From: Planctomycetota bacterium | GTDB lineage: Bacteria; Planctomycetota; UBA8108; SXIK01 | Reading direction: 5' to 3' | Length of the DNA stretch: 64,000 nt | Assembly (NCBI GenBank): GCA_965223845.1 | Contig: CBDCXR010000004.1 | Coordinates: 4,480,001-4,544,000, forward strand | Part shown: one piece after another, positions 11,903 to 21,754 of the stretch | How the letters are laid out: each line of letters begins with the position of its first letter | Position numbering within the stretch: position 1 is the stretch's first letter | Notes under the pieces: model-generated | Database searches by the model: none | What the model was told of the DNA's origin: nothing | What the model saw: only the letters and a program-made list of their open reading frames with translations | Program-made: the position numbers and the translations under genes

Positions 11903-12496
11903 ATGGCGTCCATGGAACCGGGCGACCGACAACACGATCCGGCGGATTCTTCGCGACTCTCCCAAACGATCGACGCCGCGACTCGCGGGGATCGTCGAGC
12001 GGCCGGCGAGCTCCTTCCGATCCTCTACGCGGAGCTGCGCGGTCTTGGCCGGGCGCTACTCAGCCGCAAACCGCCTGGTCAGACTTTGCAGGCGACGGCG
12101 CTCGTCCACGAGGCCTACGCGAGACTCGTTGGAACCGCCGACCCAGGCTGGAACGGCCGCGGTCATTTTTTCGGCGCCGCCGCCCGTGCGATGCGCGACA
12201 TCCTGGTGGAGGAGGCACGGCGAAAAGCGTCCCTCAAGAGAGGGGGCGGCCGCCGGAGAGTCGGTGCCGACCCGGACGAATTCGGCATCGAAGCGCCGTG
12301 CGAAGACGTACTCGCGCTCAATGACGCGATGGAGCGCCTCGAGAAAGATGACGCGCTCAAGGGGCGGATCGTCCTCCTCAAGTTCTTCACGGGCCTCTCG
12401 ATGCAGGAGATCGCCGACGATCTCGGTGTTTCGAAGGCGACGGTCGAGAGGGAATGGCGTTTCGCCCGCGCTTGGCTCCATCGAGAGCTCGAGTGA
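11903..12496 (+). CDS. ECF sigma factor, TIGR02999-like (kinase-associated type)
   Basis: AAGELLPILYAELRGL, QTLQATALVHEAY, HFFGAAARAMRDILVE, FFTGLSMQEIA..LGVSKATVEREWRFARAWL. Start is ATG 11903 or 11912. Confidence 0.92.
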   Translation: MASMEPGDRQHDPADSSRLSQTIDAATRGDRRAAGELLPILYAELRGLGRALLSRKPPGQTLQATALVHEAYARLVGTADPGWNGRGHFFGAAARAMRDILVEEARRKASLKRGGGRRRVGADPDEFGIEAPCEDVLALNDAMERLEKDDALKGRIVLLKFFTGLSMQEIADDLGVSKATVEREWRFARAWLHRELE

Positions 12497-12643
12497 ATCC
12501 CCTCGTTCGCCCGCTGTGTGGGCTCCGCCCCCGCGTCTTTTCGCTTTCTTGAGGGGCCCAGCGCCCGGAATTCGGATGGTCTCCGACGCTCTCAACCGTG
12601 GCGGGAATCGCCGCCGACGCAGGGTTCAGCTCGAGCCAAAGTC

Positions 12644-15271
12644 TTGAATCCCGAGATCAAACGAACCAGCCAAGACCTCTTCGACCGCGTTCTGAAGCAG
12701 CCTCCAAACGAACGCCGTTCGTACCTCGCCGCGAACTGCCCCGACGATGAGGTGCGAGCGGAGGTCGAGCGTCTACTCGCGATCGACGTCGAGCTAGGCG
12801 GCACAAAGTCGCTCGAAGCGAGTGACCCCGCTCCGAGCTCGACCGCCGCGACTCAGGAGTACGTGCGCGAGAAAGGCTCGATCATCGCTTCGCACTTCGA
12901 GATCGTCGAGCTCCTCGGTCGAGGAGCGATGGGTGAAGTGTATCTCGCGAGCGACCGTCGTTTGGAACGACGGATCGCCCTCAAGTTTCTAAGCGAGGCG
13001 CACGCTCGAGATCCTCGTCTGCGAGCTCGGTTTTTCGCCGAGGCACGAGCCGCATCGGCGCTCAATCATCCGAACGTTTGCATTCTCCACGAAGTCGGCG
13101 AGCTCGAAGACGGCAGTCCCTTTCTCGCTCTCGAATACCTCGAGGGAGGAGACCTCGAAGCAAGGCTCAGCGAGGGACGGGTGAGCCTTCGGGATGCGCT
13201 CGCCTGGTCGATGCAGCTCGCCGATGCGCTCGACGCCGCCCACTCCGTCGGACTCATTCACCGCGACATCAAGCCGTCGAACCTTCACATCACGCCGCGC
13301 GGACAGCTCAAGATTCTCGACTTCGGCTTGGCGAAACGATTCGAAGGGAAGGCGCTCGCGAGCGATGTTTCACTCCCCGGGTCGATCGTCGGCACACCAC
13401 TCTACATGAGTCCCGAGCAGGCGCTCGGCCATCCGCTCGACGCGCGGAGTGACCTCTTCAGCGCTGGCGTCGTCATGTACGAACTGCTCACGGGAGAGCG
13501 TCCGTTCTCGGGCGATACGTTCGCCGAAGTCGCCGTTCAGCTCGTCCACTTGGATCCAGAACCGGTTTCTCGGCGGAAACCCAAGGTCCCTCGCTCGGTC
13601 GAGCGCATCGTCGAAACCTGCATGGCGAAAAATCCCGAGGAGCGATACCCGTCCGCTCGAGATCTGCTCGTCGATTTGAAGCGCGTCTCGGACGGTGGCG
13701 ACCTGCGCGCTACGCCGTCTGAATTCGTCCCTTCGTTCGTCGACTCGAATGTCGAACAGACAACCGATCTCGGCGTCTCGGCGGATGCGTCGGGAACCGG
13801 CGAACCGCGCGGCGGCGATGTCTTCATCAGCTACGCCGCCGTCGACGATCACGCATTGCCGAACGACGCGCGCGGCTGGATTACCGGCTTTCATCGCAAC
13901 CTCGAAGTGCGCATCGAGCAACTCACCGGAGAACGAGTGCGCATTTGGCGGTCATCACTCGATTCGACCCGGGACGGAGAAGCGAGCGCGGAGGAGCTCG
14001 ATCGCGCGAGGACCGTGGTCTCGGTCGTGTCGCCCCCGTACATAAAGTCTCCGAGCTGCTGGGAGCCGGTCGTCCAGAGTCATGACGAGAGCGAGAACTC
14101 AGACGATTCGGCACGACTCTTCAAGGTCGTCAAGCGACCCGTGCCGGCGGCCGAAATTCCACCGCGCCTCCGTCGCATCTTTGAAGGCATCTCAGGTCAC
14201 GAATTCTTCGACATCGATCCTGCGACCGGCCGCGTACGCGAGTACACGGAGACCGGGGCGCAGACGGTCGCAGAGCGCTACCAGGAGCGCATCTACGATC
14301 TCGCCGAAGAGATTTCTTCGGCTCTCCGAGACGCGCGCGAGTCTCAGATCGCCAGCGCTTCCGAGTCGGGCAACCAGAAAACCGTCTATCTCGCAACGAC
14401 GACTTCGGATCTCCGCTCCGAGCGCGATCGCTTGCGGCGCGAGCTCGTCGCGCGCGGACATCTCGTCTTGCCGGATCGTCCGCTTCCTCTCATCGGCGCG
14501 GAGCTTCTCAGTGCGGTGCGGTTGTCCCTCGAACGGGCCGACTTTTCCGTGCACCCGGTTGGAAGTTATCTCGGAGTCGTTCCCGAAGGACTAGACGAAT
14601 CGGTCGCGGAGCTCGAAAACCGGCTCGCGGCCGAGCGTTCTCGACAAGCCGGGCTCGAGCGATTGATCTGGACTCCGGACGTACGAAAGATCGACGATTC
14701 GCGTCAGGCGAGCTGGGTGGAAAACTTGCGGGCTGATCCCCGGGAGCAGGAAGGTGCCGAGCTCGTCGAAGGAAGTTTCGAGGTTTTCCGCGGCGAGCTC
14801 GTCGATCTACTCACCGGCAAGCGACGTCAAACCGGCGCGGCCGGGAAGTCGACGGGCGCGCCGCCACAACTTTTTCTCCTCTGCGTTCCTGACGACGAGC
14901 GTGCCGTCGAGCCGATCGAGGACTTTTTCTTCGATCGAGGCGTCGAGGTCGTGCTCCCCGCGTTCGCTGACACTGAGCGCGATCAGGGTGAGCTTCACGT
15001 TCGTCGTCTCACCGAATGCGACGCGGTCCTCGTTTACTTCGGTGCCGCTGAGCGTCACTGGGTCGAGTTCATGCTGCGCGACGTCGCGAAGGCGGCCGGT
15101 TATCGAGACCGGGGCGCGATCGAGCATTGCGTCGTGTACGTCGCTCCGCCAATCGACCGTCGAAAAGAGCGGTTCCGGAGCCTCACGGCGGACGTCGTCC
15201 GTGCCGAAGGCGAATTTGATCCGAGCGCTTTGACCGAATTCGCCGAGCGACTCCGGGAGGGGAGGTCATGA
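12644..15271 (+). CDS. Ser/Thr protein kinase fused to TIR + DUF4062-like + third TIR-like domains (paralog of 3103..5910)
   Basis: LGRGAMGEVY, IALK, HRDIKPSN, DFGLAK, MSPEQ; DVFISYAAVDD; [22 protein letters not shown]; QLFLLC. Start TTG 12644 chosen by alignment to the paralog N-terminus; the ORF is open from 12518. Confidence 0.9.
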   Translation: MNPEIKRTSQDLFDRVLKQPPNERRSYLAANCPDDEVRAEVERLLAIDVELGGTKSLEASDPAPSSTAATQEYVREKGSIIASHFEIVELLGRGAMGEVYLASDRRLERRIALKFLSEAHARDPRLRARFFAEARAASALNHPNVCILHEVGELEDGSPFLALEYLEGGDLEARLSEGRVSLRDALAWSMQLADALDAAHSVGLIHRDIKPSNLHITPRGQLKILDFGLAKRFEGKALASDVSLPGSIVGTPLYMSPEQALGHPLDARSDLFSAGVVMYELLTGERPFSGDTFAEVAVQLVHLDPEPVSRRKPKVPRSVERIVETCMAKNPEERYPSARDLLVDLKRVSDGGDLRATPSEFVPSFVDSNVEQTTDLGVSADASGTGEPRGGDVFISYAAVDDHALPNDARGWITGFHRNLEVRIEQLTGERVRIWRSSLDSTRDGEASAEELDRARTVVSVVSPPYIKSPSCWEPVVQSHDESENSDDSARLFKVVKRPVPAAEIPPRLRRIFEGISGHEFFDIDPATGRVREYTETGAQTVAERYQERIYDLAEEISSALRDARESQIASASESGNQKTVYLATTTSDLRSERDRLRRELVARGHLVLPDRPLPLIGAELLSAVRLSLERADFSVHPVGSYLGVVPEGLDESVAELENRLAAERSRQAGLERLIWTPDVRKIDDSRQASWVENLRADPREQEGAELVEGSFEVFRGELVDLLTGKRRQTGAAGKSTGAPPQLFLLCVPDDERAVEPIEDFFFDRGVEVVLPAFADTERDQGELHVRRLTECDAVLVYFGAAERHWVEFMLRDVAKAAGYRDRGAIEHCVVYVAPPIDRRKERFRSLTADVVRAEGEFDPSALTEFAERLREGRS

Positions 15272-18200
15272 CGTCGCGCATGCCGAACCCCTACCCCGGT
15301 CTCCGTCCGTTCGATACGGAAGAAGACTATCTCTTCTTCGGCCGTGAAGAGCAGACGGCCGATCTGCTCGAGCTCCTCCGGTCGAATCGATTTCTCGCCG
15401 TCGTGGGTACGTCCGGGAGTGGCAAGTCTTCCTTGGTGCGCGCCGGCCTCATTCCCGGGCTCGTCAAGGGTTCGCTCGACGGGGCGAACACGCGCTGGGA
15501 GATCGCCGTCGCGCGTCCCGGTGGGAATCCCCTGCGGCGTCTCGCCGCGGGACTCTGCGAAGCCGGCCTCTTCGACTCGAGCGATGTCGAATCCGTTCCA
15601 CGCGTCGTCGCGACGCTCCGAAGGAGCACGCGGGGACTCATCGAAGCCGTTCGTCAATCCGGCCGCGCCGCCGATTCGAAGTTTCTCCTCGTCGTAGATC
15701 AATTCGAGGAGCTCTTTCGCTATGCGAGCGACGACGTAGAGGCTGGCGACGCCAGTCGAGCGTTCGTGAACTTGATTCTCGAAGGGGCGGCTCAAGCCGA
15801 GCTCCCGATCTACGTCGTCGTGACGATGAGATCGGATTACCTCGGCGACTGCGCTCGCATTCCCGGACTCGCCGAAGCGATCAACTCGGGAGAGTACCTC
15901 GTTCCACGCCTCGGGAGAGACCAGGTCCGCCGCGCGATCGAAGGACCGGCGCGAGTCGGAGGAGCCGGAGTTACGAAGCGCTTCGTTCAGCGCCTCCTCG
16001 GCGACCTCGGCGACGATTCGGATCAGCTTCCCGTTCTCCAGCACGCTCTCATGCGAGCGTGGGATGCACGAGGCGACGAAGAAGATCTCGATCTCGATCA
16101 CTACGGCGCGATCGGCGGATTGTCTCACGCGCTCTCTCAACACGCGGACGAAGTCTACGACGGGCTCGCGAGCGACGAACTTCGAAGTACGGCCGAGCGG
16201 ACCTTCAAGACTCTCACCGTGACCGAGAGCGGCGAGCGCGGTGTCCGGCGTCCGACTCGAGTGACTCGACTCGAAGCGGTCACTCGCGCGGAGCGCACAC
16301 AGGTTGAAGCGGTCGTCGAAGCGTTTCGCGCGCCCGGCGTCTCGTTCTTGATGCCCGGAGAAGCCACCCCGCTCGCCGACGACCCCGTGATCGACATCTC
16401 GCACGAGAGTCTGATGCGCGTTTGGACGCGGCTCCGGACGTGGGTCGGCGAGGAAGCGCAGTCCGCCGCGATCTACCGCCGCCTCTCGGAATCCGCTGCG
16501 CTTTGGCGAGAGGATCGTGCGGGGCTCTACCGTCACCCCGATCTCGAGGTCGCGCAGTCGTGGCGCCGGGAAGCGCGACCGAATCCGAGCTGGGCGAGTC
16601 TCTACGCACCCGGCTACGAAAATGCGATCGCGTTTCTGACGGAGAGCCAGGAGAACGCCGACGCGGAAGAGCTCGAGCGTGAACGAGCCCGAGAGCGCGA
16701 GCTCGCGCAGGCTCGTGAGCTCGCCGAAACGAAGTCGCGCGAAGCTGAAGCCGTCGCCCGGACCGCGCGCAACTTTCGGCGCTTCGCGATCGGACTTGCC
16801 GTGCTCGCCGTCGCCACGCTGGCGCTCGCGATCCAGGCACTACTCCTTTGGCGCGACGCCGAGGAGAGCCGGAAGCTCGTCTCCGAGAGCGAAGAGACGG
16901 CACGCCACGAACAGGGTGTCGCTTGGTTCGAGCAGGCGCAGCGACTTCGCGCGGAGGAGAGGCACTTCGCGGCCGAGCTCCTCGCGGCTCGGACCTTGGG
17001 CTTCGAAGGCGTCGACACGATCGAGGACGAACTGGGCGGAACCGGCGACCAGCGCATCGACCGATCGCTCCTCAGGCCCGACAGCGAGGAGGCGGATTCC
17101 GTCCGTGCGTTCTTGTCTGCGTCGATGCTCGACGAACCACTCTATCGCAGCCCACAAGTAGCGCCCCCGAATGCGCGATGCGTTTGCTGGACGCCCGATG
17201 GCAAGCTGGTTGTCGGAACCACGAGCGGCAGGGTCGCTCTCTACGATCCGGAAAGAGGAGAACGCGAAGGAGAGTTCGCCGCGCACGACACCGAGGTTTC
17301 GTTTGTCGGGCCGACGTCCGATGGGAGCGCGGTCGTCACGACAACGGTCCGAGCGGATACGATTCGCTGCCACGACCTCTCGACGGGGAACGAACGATGG
17401 AGTGTCGCCGGTCGCGGCCGGAGCTCCCACGCCGCGCTCTCGTCCGACCGATCCTTGCTCGTTGTCGCCGGATCGACCGGGGTAGTTCGAGTAGACACAA
17501 CGAATGGCGCCGTTTTGGGCGAGTCCGACGGTGGCGCCACAGGAGTCGCATTCTCTCCCGATGGTGAGCGTTACGCGGCACTCCACTCGGACGGCTGGCT
17601 CCGCGTCCGGACGCGCGAAGGGACCCTCGTCGCTTCGGCCATTCATGGCGCGGGAGTCACTCGTGGACTGGCGTTCTCTCCGGACGGCCGGCGGATCATC
17701 ACCGGAGCGCTCAATTCGTCTGCGACCATCGAGCCCGCCAAAGTTTGGGAGGTCTCGAACGACGGAGAGTTGCGGGTCGTCGACGAGTGGGACGTTCCGC
17801 ACAGCGAAGCTCGATCATCCAGTTGGTTCGGACTGAGCCGAATCGTTGCCGCGCGACCGTCGGGTGAAGACGTCGCCGTGTTCGGGGGGTCGGGCGGTCG
17901 ACTACAAATTCGTCGCATCGCCGATGGCACGCCCGTCGGCGTACTCGACGCTCACGGCCGGCTCATCGTCGACCTCGCCGTCGATCCGACCGGCCGGCGT
18001 CTCATTTCGGTAGCTCCCGGTGAGCCGATGCGACTCTGGGACTTGGTGGAGCTCCGCGAAATTTCGAAGCTCGGCGACGTCGAGATCGCTCGGTCGGTCG
18101 ATCACACGCGGGACGGTCGATTCGTCGCCTCGGCCCATGCGAACGGCGAGATCCGAGTGCTGCATTCGCGAACGGGTGCGGTCATCGCCAACCATCGCAC

Positions 18201-21200
18201 CGATGTCGCGCTCGATCTCATCCGTTTCTCCCCCGACGGCACTCGGCTCGCCGCGGGCGGTCGACGAGGGATTCGCGTTTTCGACGTGACGGACTCGATC
18301 CTGACTCAGCCCGATCCTCTGCCTGGTGAGACGGTCTCGCCCGCCGAGTTTAGCGAGCGCGCGCGGATCGAAGGGCTTCGGTTCGCCTGGAGTCCCGACG
18401 GAGATAAACTCGCCTACAACGGAACGTCGTTCGGCGTCTTTATCTGGGACGCGGAGAGTGGAGTGTCACGTCTCGTCGTCGACAGCAGTTCGGGGCGCTA
18501 CGTCGGCCTCGCGTTCACTCCGGATGGCAAGCAGCTCGTCGTCTCGTCGCTCGCGAAGACGGAGCTCTTCGAGATCGGGGGAACGAAGACGGCCGAGTGG
18601 GCCGAGATCGGCTCAAACGCGGGCCTCGTCTTCCAACCGGGTGGGGATCTCATCGCCAGCGTCGCTCGAGATCATCTGGCGATCTGGCGCCGTGCCGATC
18701 CACCCGTTGTCGTGGGGCGTCTCGACCATTCGGGAGCCGAGTATGACACGCGGCTAGAGTTCTCTCCGGACGGCCGATTCCTCGCGGTATCGGGTGGCGA
18801 CCGACTCGTGCGCGTCTACGATGTCCACCGTTTGACTCTGCTCGCGCTCCTCGAGGGTCACGCGGGAAACACACTCGACGCGAGCTTCGCGCCGGACGGA
18901 CGCACACTCGCTACGACGAGTCTCGACAATACGGTGCGCTACTGGAAACTCGGACACCACGTCGACCGAGACAGTCTCGTCGTCGGGGGAGTTCGCCATC
19001 GGAAGATCCAGTTCCTCGACGACAGCACGCTCGTCGCGTTCGGCGCGGAGAGCAAGGTCGCGATCGTCGATCGAAGGCTCGGGACGGTTCGCCGCGTCCT
19101 CGACGGCGCGCCCTATCAATCCGGAATTCGCTGCGCCGCTGGACCGGCAACCGAGTTCGGCGGACCGTTCATTTCGCTTAGTGCGCAAAGCCATACCGCT
19201 CTCTGGGATGTCGCGAGCGGTGAAATGATTCGGCGTTTCGCGAACGACTCGTCGTACAACACTCGCGCGACATTCGGACCGGAGAGCCGATGGCTTGCTG
19301 TGCTCCGCGGGCCGCGCCTCGATCACTTCGACATCTCGACTCGCCGGTTACGGAAGATCGGGAGCGGCGTCGATCTCGTCGACATCGCGGCGACCTCGGC
19401 GGGCGAGCTTCTCGCGCTCGGGATCGACGGAAGGGTTCGCGTCATCGATCCCACGACTGGAGAGGAGCGCGAGGTTTTCGGTTCTGTCTTAAGTGAGACG
19501 TCTCGAAACGTCGCCCATTCGCCTCGGGAATTCCATCTCTCGCGCGACGGCAGCACGCTCGCGATCCAGTTGCCGAGGTCCGTGTCGATTCTGAACATGA
19601 GGGAGAAGCGCGAAACGGCACGCTTCGACGTCGTCGGCCCCGGCGCGCAATTCTTCGATCTGGCGATCAACGAGGACGGCAGTCGATTGGCGGTGTGCGG
19701 TGGAGGGGTCGCGCGTCTCTGGTCTTCGTCGGGCGAGAAGATCCGTGAATACTCGCGGCCCGACTTCGACGACGATTTCGTACCGTACGGAGTGGATTTC
19801 AGCCCGGACGGGCGCTGGCTGGCCGGCGACAGCTTCGGCTCGACGATCGCACTTTGGTGGGTCGAGCCCGAGGAGCGGCGTCGTGACCGGCTCTCGCACC
19901 TACTCGAGAACTTTGCGCTCGACGGTCGGCGGATCGTGCCGCAGACGGTCTCGAAGGTGCTCTACGCCGATCCTCCTGTCAGGTCGCGCGCGCCCGAGCG
20001 CGATCCGGTCGCCGAAATGGAAAACCTCGTGCTCGCGGGTGGATTCGACGCCGCGGTGTCAGGAACGTCGCGCCTGTCGCCCGAGCTCCGCTCCCGGATC
20101 TCGCCGGCCATCGCTGACGCGATCTTTCATCGAGCGGGGGTTCTCAGTCGAAACGGGAGGACGGACGAAGTCGTCCGGATCGTGAGCGAGGCGCAGGAGC
20201 TCGTCGGGAACGAGAGCGAACAGTGGTATCTCCTCGAACAGCGCACGGCGGAAGCGATTTGCCGGGGCGGTCGGCTCGCGGAGGGGATCGATCGCTTCGA
20301 CGACGCCATCGGTCGAGCGATGGGAGCCGGGCTCGATTCGATCGCGCGACGTCTCGCGCGCGCGAGTGTTTCGGTACTCCTTGATCTGGAAGACGTCGAC
20401 GGCGCGAAAGATGCGTTCGAGAAGCTGCTCGCCCTGCCGAACTTCGTAGACGAAGGCCGGCGGGCAAACGAGATTCAAAGACACGCGCGCCTCGTCGTCC
20501 GCCAGGCGACGCGGGATTCAGAGACAGAGAGCACGAAGACCGATCGCGCGCTCGCGGCCGTCTTTGTCGACGTCGCGCTCGAAGCCGCGCGTCAGACGCC
20601 CCGGCTCGATACGTTGCCCGAGCTCTCAACGCTCGTCGAGCGAGCAAACGCCGGCCGAGAGCCCGTCGAGCTCGTATCCTCGAGCTCCTCGTGGAGAGTG
20701 TCGCCGGTAGATACGACGGTGGGCGCAGATTGGAACGCCTCCACCTTCGACGACAGTGCCTGGCCCAGCGTAAATCCGCCGATCTTGTTCTCGACTACGT
20801 CCGAACGCCCCGAGCTTCGCTCACCCGAAACGACACTCTTCGCCAGGGGCCGCTTTCAGGTTTCGCCCGGTGGATTGCCAGAGGGCTACGGACTCGCGAT
20901 CCAAAGCAAGTGTCTACCGGGCGCGAGAGTCTTCCTGAACGGCGTCGAGCTATTTCGGCACGGACTACCGGAGGGTGAGATCGATGCGACAACTCGCGCT
21001 CTCGACGGTGCGCACGGCCATGCGTGGCCACGGCGCGCGGACGCGCGACTCGCGGAGCCGCTACGTAAGGGGGAGAACGTCGTCGCGATCGAGTTGCATC
21101 GCAATGATGGCAGCGCATTGTTCTCGCTCGAGGTCGTCGCGCGCGTTACGCCGGCGTCGTATCTCGCGGCGGCGGACCGGAGTCGGGCTCTTGAGGTCGT

Positions 21201-21483
21201 CAGCGACGTTTTTCCGGCGAGCGTTCTCGAGCGGTTGGGGCCGCGGTTGCGTTTCGTTTTTGCTGACGACCCCGGCTCGCTAGGCGATGCGGGAGATGCG
21301 GGAGATGCGCAGGCGTGGCTCGAGCGGGCTCGGGTTCAGCGTGTGCTCGGGCGAAGTGAGCGGGCGCGGGGGGCGTATTCGCAGGCGGTGGAGGCGGCGG
21401 TTGTGGAGGGGGATGCGGATACGGAAGCGATCGCGCGAGGGGAGATGGAGGCGCTCGGGCTTCGGTTGCCGAAGAGTCCTTGA
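15268..21483 (+). CDS. nSTAND1 NTPase + coiled coil + TM + multi-propeller WD40 + helical/TPR-like region + beta-sandwich domain (2071 aa)
   Basis: NPYPGLRPF...FFGRE, Walker A GTSGSGKSS, Walker B LLVVDQFEELF, DQLPVLQHAL, ISHESL; TM FAIGLAVLAVATLALAIQALLLW; many FSPDG/GH..WD repeats; C-terminal W..FDDSAW...VFLNGVE...GENVVAIELH domain. ATGA overlap with the kinase stop. Confidence 0.92.
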   Translation: MTSRMPNPYPGLRPFDTEEDYLFFGREEQTADLLELLRSNRFLAVVGTSGSGKSSLVRAGLIPGLVKGSLDGANTRWEIAVARPGGNPLRRLAAGLCEAGLFDSSDVESVPRVVATLRRSTRGLIEAVRQSGRAADSKFLLVVDQFEELFRYASDDVEAGDASRAFVNLILEGAAQAELPIYVVVTMRSDYLGDCARIPGLAEAINSGEYLVPRLGRDQVRRAIEGPARVGGAGVTKRFVQRLLGDLGDDSDQLPVLQHALMRAWDARGDEEDLDLDHYGAIGGLSHALSQHADEVYDGLASDELRSTAERTFKTLTVTESGERGVRRPTRVTRLEAVTRAERTQVEAVVEAFRAPGVSFLMPGEATPLADDPVIDISHESLMRVWTRLRTWVGEEAQSAAIYRRLSESAALWREDRAGLYRHPDLEVAQSWRREARPNPSWASLYAPGYENAIAFLTESQENADAEELERERARERELAQARELAETKSREAEAVARTARNFRRFAIGLAVLAVATLALAIQALLLWRDAEESRKLVSESEETARHEQGVAWFEQAQRLRAEERHFAAELLAARTLGFEGVDTIEDELGGTGDQRIDRSLLRPDSEEADSVRAFLSASMLDEPLYRSPQVAPPNARCVCWTPDGKLVVGTTSGRVALYDPERGEREGEFAAHDTEVSFVGPTSDGSAVVTTTVRADTIRCHDLSTGNERWSVAGRGRSSHAALSSDRSLLVVAGSTGVVRVDTTNGAVLGESDGGATGVAFSPDGERYAALHSDGWLRVRTREGTLVASAIHGAGVTRGLAFSPDGRRIITGALNSSATIEPAKVWEVSNDGELRVVDEWDVPHSEARSSSWFGLSRIVAARPSGEDVAVFGGSGGRLQIRRIADGTPVGVLDAHGRLIVDLAVDPTGRRLISVAPGEPMRLWDLVELREISKLGDVEIARSVDHTRDGRFVASAHANGEIRVLHSRTGAVIANHRTDVALDLIRFSPDGTRLAAGGRRGIRVFDVTDSILTQPDPLPGETVSPAEFSERARIEGLRFAWSPDGDKLAYNGTSFGVFIWDAESGVSRLVVDSSSGRYVGLAFTPDGKQLVVSSLAKTELFEIGGTKTAEWAEIGSNAGLVFQPGGDLIASVARDHLAIWRRADPPVVVGRLDHSGAEYDTRLEFSPDGRFLAVSGGDRLVRVYDVHRLTLLALLEGHAGNTLDASFAPDGRTLATTSLDNTVRYWKLGHHVDRDSLVVGGVRHRKIQFLDDSTLVAFGAESKVAIVDRRLGTVRRVLDGAPYQSGIRCAAGPATEFGGPFISLSAQSHTALWDVASGEMIRRFANDSSYNTRATFGPESRWLAVLRGPRLDHFDISTRRLRKIGSGVDLVDIAATSAGELLALGIDGRVRVIDPTTGEEREVFGSVLSETSRNVAHSPREFHLSRDGSTLAIQLPRSVSILNMREKRETARFDVVGPGAQFFDLAINEDGSRLAVCGGGVARLWSSSGEKIREYSRPDFDDDFVPYGVDFSPDGRWLAGDSFGSTIALWWVEPEERRRDRLSHLLENFALDGRRIVPQTVSKVLYADPPVRSRAPERDPVAEMENLVLAGGFDAAVSGTSRLSPELRSRISPAIADAIFHRAGVLSRNGRTDEVVRIVSEAQELVGNESEQWYLLEQRTAEAICRGGRLAEGIDRFDDAIGRAMGAGLDSIARRLARASVSVLLDLEDVDGAKDAFEKLLALPNFVDEGRRANEIQRHARLVVRQATRDSETESTKTDRALAAVFVDVALEAARQTPRLDTLPELSTLVERANAGREPVELVSSSSSWRVSPVDTTVGADWNASTFDDSAWPSVNPPILFSTTSERPELRSPETTLFARGRFQVSPGGLPEGYGLAIQSKCLPGARVFLNGVELFRHGLPEGEIDATTRALDGAHGHAWPRRADARLAEPLRKGENVVAIELHRNDGSALFSLEVVARVTPASYLAAADRSRALEVVSDVFPASVLERLGPRLRFVFADDPGSLGDAGDAGDAQAWLERARVQRVLGRSERARGAYSQAVEAAVVEGDADTEAIARGEMEALGLRLPKSP

Positions 21484-21754
21484 GACATCTCGACTGCAAA
21501 CGGGTCGGACGAGGTCAGGGCGATCTAGGTTGGCCACGGCCGATGCTCGACTCGATTGGCCGGCCCACTCCTCGGCTTCGGCGAGCTCGCAAATCGCACG
21601 ATTTCTCCCACGCGTGAGCCCAAGGATCGACTTAAACTATTTTGCAATCAACATTTACGAATACCCCACTTCATCCCGACGGTCGGGCGCAACGCCGCCG
21701 ATGATCACGACCGGAGTTGCGCCAAGTACGTGAATCCCGTAGTATAGAGAGGTC

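Noticed and set aside
11800-12548. Shared TG(A/T)(C/G)GG...TCG motif upstream of the small ORF (about 11800-11830, minus) and of the kinase (about 12517-12547, plus) as ECF target promoters
   Set aside because: Spacers differ (16 vs 18 nt) and two weak sites are not enough; needs genome-wide motif discovery.
15268-21483. WD40 repeats as a DGR target or a recombining array of near-identical repeats
   Set aside because: Repeats are highly diverged at DNA level; no reverse transcriptase or template repeat in the window.
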